Shown here: piece after piece, positions 54,844 to 64,000 of the stretch
Layout of the letters: every line of letters starts with the position of its first letter
How positions within the stretch are numbered: the stretch's first letter is position 1
NCBI GenBank assembly: GCA_964057225.1
Contig: OZ059897.1
Location: 15,996,001 to 16,060,000 of the forward strand
DNA: 64,000 bases
Direction: 5' to 3'
From: Auanema rhodensis
Taxonomy: Eukaryota > Animalia > Nematoda
Notes under the pieces: generated by a model
What the model was told of the DNA's origin: nothing
Databases searched by the model: none
The model's input: the letters and a program-made list of their open reading frames with translations, nothing else
Position numbers and translations under genes: made by a program

Positions 54844-57800
54844 ATGGCTGCTGTTGCGAATATGGTTAGTTAACTATGCATAAATTAATATTATTATGTT
54901 ACATGTTAAGGCAAATCCCATACAATTTGGGAACAATCCAGGATCTTCAACATCAGGAGTAACTTTAACATTTGCTTCACAACCTGGTATTTTCAGTTTC
55001 AATACCTTGTAGTAATTCAATGTTTTCAGGTCCCAGTGGAGCATCACCTGCGTTTTATAGGAAACCTGCACCTTTCCGTCCCTTTCAGCCTACTGCGGTT
55101 TGTTATCATTTAATTTAATATATATTTTCTTTCTTATAGTATCAACAAGATATTTTAATGGGTGATGGACCAGGTAGAAGATTAAGAAAAAATGTAGCTA
55201 ATGTTAGGCGACATGTGGACTATGTTTCAAATATTTTAAATCATGCTGAGGTAAAAATAAATTTCTTGAATTCAAGATCTAGTATGTTGTTAAGGCAAGA
55301 TTATGGCAATATGGAAAGAGACAACGGGTCATTCAGCAACCGGATGAATTATATCAGGTGTGTGTTAGTATTTTAATGTTTTAAAACTTTCCTTGTAGAA
55401 CACTGCATTACCTGCTTGGTGTACTCCTGATGTTCCTGTTGACTGCGTTCTTACCAAGTTTGTACGTGCTGCCATGAATAAAGTCAAATGTCCCGTCTAT
55501 ACACTTTGCGTAAGTATTTTATTTTTAATGCTTTAACAATATATTACAGTGGACACCTGAAGGAAAGAGATTAATAACGGGTGCTTCTACTGGAGAATTT
55601 ACGTTGTGGAATGGAACAGCTTTCAATTTTGAAACTATTCTACAGGTACTGATGCGGTATTATTTGTATCTTGTATTAGAAGCAAATAAAGTTCAGTGCA
55701 ATAGTCTGGGTAATAAAGATAGCGCGGTTTTTCTAAATTAAATAAACAACAATTCTGATTCGAATGCTCTCAGAGTCAAGTTATCAAATGATCAGAATGG
55801 ATAAATTAATCTTCTATAATTATGTCGAGTAACAGTGTAGTATAAGTAAACCAGAATGCGTACTATAAGGATTAGGTTGCAAATATTTCTATAGCAAAAT
55901 CATATCTGAAAACATAGCTGAATATGATATTGATATATATATAATATATAAATATATATATATATATATATACATAATTGATAATGCTCAATTGTTTTTG
56001 CCATACCACTTCATCGTTCAGACACAGTTTTTTAGGCTCACGATTCTGCTATTCGGGCAATGACATGGTCATATAATGAGCAATGGTTGGTTTCTGCTGA
56101 TCATGACGGTTATATTAAATACTGGCAACCCAATATGAATAATGTTCACATGTTTCAAGCGCATAAAGATGATCCAATTAGAGGTCTTAGGTAAGCATTT
56201 CGTAATCTAAGTTTCTCATCCAACTTTACCAGTTTTGCTCCAACTGATGTCAAATTTGTGTCTGCGTCTGATGACGGAACTGCGAGAATTTGGGATTTTG
56301 CTCATTGTGTCGAAGAGAGGGTTCTCAGGGGTCATGGAGCTGAAGTTCTATTCTTCATGTTATATGTAGTTCATATGTTGCTTATAGGTCCGGTGTGTTG
56401 ACTGGCATCCCACTAAAGGTTTAGTAGTGACAGGATCAAGAGATTCACAGCAACCAGTCAAACTTTGGGATCCGAAATCTGGACAATGTCTTTCAACGAT
56501 GTAAGCTAAAAGAACTTGAGACTTGATTTATTTCATTTTTTTACTTTAAGCCAAGATCACAAAAGTTCTGTAATGGCAGTAGAATGGAATAAAAATGGTA
56601 ATTGGCTTCTAACTGGAGGTCGTGATCACATAGTAAAACTATATGATATTAGAATTATGAAAGAAATGAATTCATATCGTGGTCACAAGAAAGAAGTAAC
56701 ATGTGAGTTAATTTTCAAGCTTTTCGTTCTTAATTGAAATAATTAAGCATTGGCTTGGAATCCCGTTCATGAGAATTTATTTGTTTCTGGTGGAGGAGAT
56801 GGTTCATTGGCATATTGGCTAGTTGGAACAGAAAAGGTGATAATAATGTTATAGTATTTAATAAATTTCAAGTTCACTGATTTAGGAAGTTGGTCTACTT
56901 GAGCATGCTCATGATCAAGCTGTATGGGCAATGAGGTTTCACCCTCAGGGACATATCCTTTCTACTGGTATACTTTATCTTGATACTAATTTTATTAATG
57001 TTTTTCTTAAGGTTCTAATGACAATAATACTAAATTTTGGGCTCGAAATCGGCCTGGCGATACTCAGGAAGATATATTCGGATTAGCTTCATTCACTACC
57101 AATATGGTTGGTGCCCTGGATAAGGAACGTGAACCAAAGCAGCCTATAATACGTCATGAGCCAGAAGAAGCGTCTATTACAGTTATCCCTGGTCGGCTAT
57201 TTTTCCCCATTTTAAAATATTGTTACATAAAACTTAAACATAAAGATAATTAATTCAGGAATGGGTCTTGATGACGATGTGTTCGAAAATATGAACAGAG
57301 AAGTTAATACAGCTACTACAGCGCCTACTGCTATGCTTCTAATGCCAGAAGATTTGAATGCTAGACAACTGGTATTTATTTTTAGGAAAGTTGTTTTTAC
57401 AGTATATTTTTAGGCTGCAAGTCAGAAGGCTCATAGAGTTCTTATAAAACAGCCTCCACCTAAGAAAGCTCAAAGACAGTTTGAAAGAATGTGGAATGTT
57501 AGCAAGCCTGGAGGTTTCTATCTAAATATAGCTGTTTATTCTTTCTTTTTTTCTAGCTGTTGATGAACAACCAATTGAAGACGATGTTTTCCGAAGACCT
57601 AAAGCTAGTCTTCTTGGTGCTCCACCTCCTTCAATGCTTACTCATCCAGGTATAGAATCTAATATAGTAACATTTATTATTCGTGCATTATAGCTGGCGC
57701 TCCTCCTCAACCCAGTTTTCCTAACCAACGTCCCCCTCTTGGACCACCACCAGGATGGAAGCCAAACAATGGACCTGCAGCTCCACCTCCTCTTCGTCCT

Positions 57801-58482
57801 ACTCCACAAAACTTCCCTCCTCCCGCTCAGCCTAGTCGAGGACCTCCACCACAACAGCCTCCTGCTCAACCACCAGCTGGACGAGGACCTCCTCCCTCAC
57901 AACCAGCAGGAAGGCAAATGCCACCGAATTTCCCTCCTCCATTCCCGGCAATGCCTCCTCCGGGTGTCTGGTCTTCTGGAGGCCAATCGTCATCTAATGA
58001 TGAACCTGATCCTAGAGTACGTTAAACTATTATATTTATATTTAATAACATACTTATCTAGGATATTGATTATCGAGGGAAACAGTCTAGTAATCCACAG
58101 TATGGTACGGATATTGATCTAAGATCTCAACCACCTAATCGTATGGGTCCACCTCCAAGTGAAACATGGCGACGACAAGATAATGGTCATATTTTGTTTA
58201 ATTCTGCATCATCTTTATTAATTTATCTTTTAGGTAACCAGCCTCCTCCACAACCTTTAATGAATGATCCACGCATGAGAAAGCCAGAAGAAATTCGAGA
58301 TCCGAGAAGAAGACACCAGGTATATTATTATTAGTTGTTCGAAATTATGCTTCCATTCTTCTTAGGATCCTTCTCGACCACAACAGCAGCAACAACCTAT
58401 GGAACCTAGGAATAGTTGGATGCCTCAATTGAATAACACATATCCTGCCAATTCGGGAAGAAATCGTTCGAGAAAATTCTAG
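54844..58482 (+). CDS. pfs-2: WDR33/PFS2 pre-mRNA 3'-end processing WD40 protein (CPSF subunit), 21 exons
   Basis: Exons 54844-54864, 54911-54986, 55030-55097, 55140-55250, 55295-55357, 55399-55509, 55550-55645, 56036-56190, 56233-56344, 56388-56500, 56551-56702, 56748-56836, 56886-56967, 57012-57191, 57259-57371, 57414-57514, 57557-57649, 57694-58016, 58062-58184, 58234-58319, 58366-58482. WDR33 signatures: [92 protein letters not shown]. Pro/Gln-rich tail. Confidence 0.96.
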
Positions 58483-58557
58483 TTGTAAATACGTGATGTT
58501 GCTTAATTGTGTTGGCCTTCTTCTTTCGTATTTGGATTATTCTTGACAAACTTTTAT

Positions 58558-58563
58558 AATAAA
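58558..58563 (+). terminator. Candidate polyadenylation signal AATAAA of pfs-2
   Basis: First AATAAA, 76 nt after the stop codon. Confidence 0.6.
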
Positions 58564-59084
58564 GTAGTTGGAAAACGTTATCATAGTTTAGTTTCAAATC
58601 TGAGCAAATATACATTATAAGTAATGCATTACAGTATTACAGCCGATTAAAGCCGAACCCCGGAATGAGTGTCACACTTCAAATTGGTTCCATACAAACT
58701 AGACGGCTTAATTACTAATGTGATAGCCAAAATTCTAATTCCAAAAATGACTCATGAATCTTTTTAATTCTCTAAGATAAGAATTGCAGTATATGATCTA
58801 GCTATAAAGATAATTGATTGCTAACAATATAGCAAACATAGCTATTGAAATGAGTTTTCAGCAGCTCTGAGCATTCAATTGATAAGATAGACTGATAAAA
58901 AAAAAGATATATTCAAGTTTTCAGTTTATCTAAGCGTTCATTGAAATTTATGGTTCATATAGCAATTTTTACTATATTATGTAAATGTGTATTGTGCTTA
59001 AATTGTATGAACTAGATTATATTTTTTAATTTAATAACATTTCAGTTAACTATTTTTTTATTTTTATATTTTTTTTTTATAGAA

Positions 59085-59589
59085 ATGATTAAAACTTTGA
59101 TTTTACTCTCTCTCTTGATTTCTTTTTCTTATGGACTTAATTGTTATTCCGGCATGAAGACGCATCTTGATGGATTCAATCAAAATAATGTTACTCAAAG
59201 AAGTTGTCCAAGTCATGTCAATAACTGTATTACGTTGGTTATGCTATGAATACTTCAAAAAAAATATAAATTTCAGTGAAGCTGTTGGACTAAGCTCAAT
59301 GACAGATCATTCGATTTCTGGATATCGTTATGACTGTGATTATCTTAGGCAGTGTGATCTGATGGTTGGAAAGGTTATTTTCTATCTATCTATATATATA
59401 TATATATATAAATTTTTTTAAAATGATAAATAACATCGTTGTCCCTTATTCAATTATCTTTAGAGTAACAGTTGCCAAGATTATTATGTTGGACAAATTT
59501 GCTGCTGCCAATCCGATTATTGCAACTCTTCTAGCATCAATTCCATAATTTCTCTAACTATCTTTGCTATTGTGAGCTTTTTCTTATAA
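59085..59589 (+). CDS. Ly6/uPAR (three-finger, LU) domain GPI-anchored protein, 123 aa
   Basis: Exons 59085-59233, 59277-59373 and 59464-59589. Signal peptide MIKTLILLSLLISFSYG, an LNCYSG start, ten Cys ending CCCQSDYCN, then SSS and the hydrophobic tail IISLTIFAIVSFFL. Confidence 0.92.
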
Positions 59590-59912
59590 AACGTTATCAA
59601 TTTAAAAAAAATGTCATGATTAGTATCTAAAATTAGACGCACTACACTGCTTATAGAGAATGTGCATTACTTTACTTTTAAGTTTGTTTTAATTTCTTAA
59701 ATTTTAGAAACTTATATTGTGCATTCAATTGAAAATTATATTAATATTCAATATAGTTAACTTTGTTGTGTCTCTTACTTTTATTTCTTAATATTTTAAA
59801 GTTATGTAAGCAAACAATTAGTTTCAAATAGAATAAAAACAGATTTGCTTTCAAAGTTGTTTTAATTAAATTAAATTTAAGTATATTTTCTTCATACAAA
59901 GAAAAAATCCAA

Positions 59913-63837
<3,925 letters not shown>

Positions 63838-63867
63838 AATCTTGAAATAGAAATGTTTTAAAATATT

Positions 63868-63887
63868 TCACGTGAACTTTCACGTGA
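63868..63887. promoter_or_regulatory. Tandem TCACGTGA E-boxes (CLEAR-like, HLH-30/TFEB-type) upstream of the GH31 gene
   Basis: TTCACGTGAAC is repeated with a 12-bp period; cores at 63868-63875 and 63880-63887, 31-50 bp upstream of the ATG. Confidence 0.65.
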
Positions 63888-64000
63888 ACAAATTTATTGC
63901 TCTCGTAATTGTTTTAATGTAAATCAAATATTGTACGGTTGCATTTTTTAGAAAGAGAACGTTACAGATAATATAAGATGAAAGAAACTAAATACAAGCA

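Noticed and set aside
57642-58122. ORFs 57642-57869(-) and 57739-58122(+)
   Set aside because: Shadow frames of the Pro-rich pfs-2 exon.
58482-59085. pfs-2 plus Ly6 gene as an SL2 operon
   Set aside because: About 500 bp separate the poly(A) signal and the next acceptor, far longer than typical intercistronic spacing. Cannot be excluded without SL2 data.

Overview
Eukaryotic genomic DNA, almost certainly from a rhabditid (clade V) nematode. The evidence is GT-AG introns mostly 40-55 nt long, TTTCAG-type acceptors, acceptor-like sites just before start codons (consistent with SL trans-splicing), and proteins closest to C. elegans families. Most ORF-track entries are spurious or exon fragments, so I assembled genes by hand across splice sites. 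Five complete genes are supported. (1) An 18-exon Eph receptor tyrosine kinase, vab-1 (minus, 20583-32626, ~1078 aa). (2) A 10-exon secreted, probably GPI-anchored protein with two Ly6/uPAR-like Cys modules, the second split by a ~190-aa acidic/furin-site/mucin insertion (minus, 49628-51704). (3) A 3-exon 97-aa secreted propeptide-like protein (minus, 52847-53295). (4) The polyadenylation factor WDR33/pfs-2 (plus, 54844-58482). (5) A trefoil + GH31 alpha-glucosidase of the aagr family (minus, 59913-63837) with a tandem TCACGTGA E-box pair just upstream. In addition there is a 123-aa Ly6/uPAR GPI protein (plus, 59085-59589) and a partial unknown gene at ~1951-2455 (minus). The intervals 2.5-20 kb and 33-49 kb look non-coding. 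I found no tRNA, rRNA, CRISPR array or intact transposon, and I cannot claim a proven new system. The best leads are the loop-inserted LU protein and its neighbouring small secreted proteins, a vab-1 juxtamembrane cassette exon flanked by UNC-75 and Fox-type motifs, a miR-2 K-box site downstream of vab-1, and a GC-content domain that coincides with different splice-acceptor usage.
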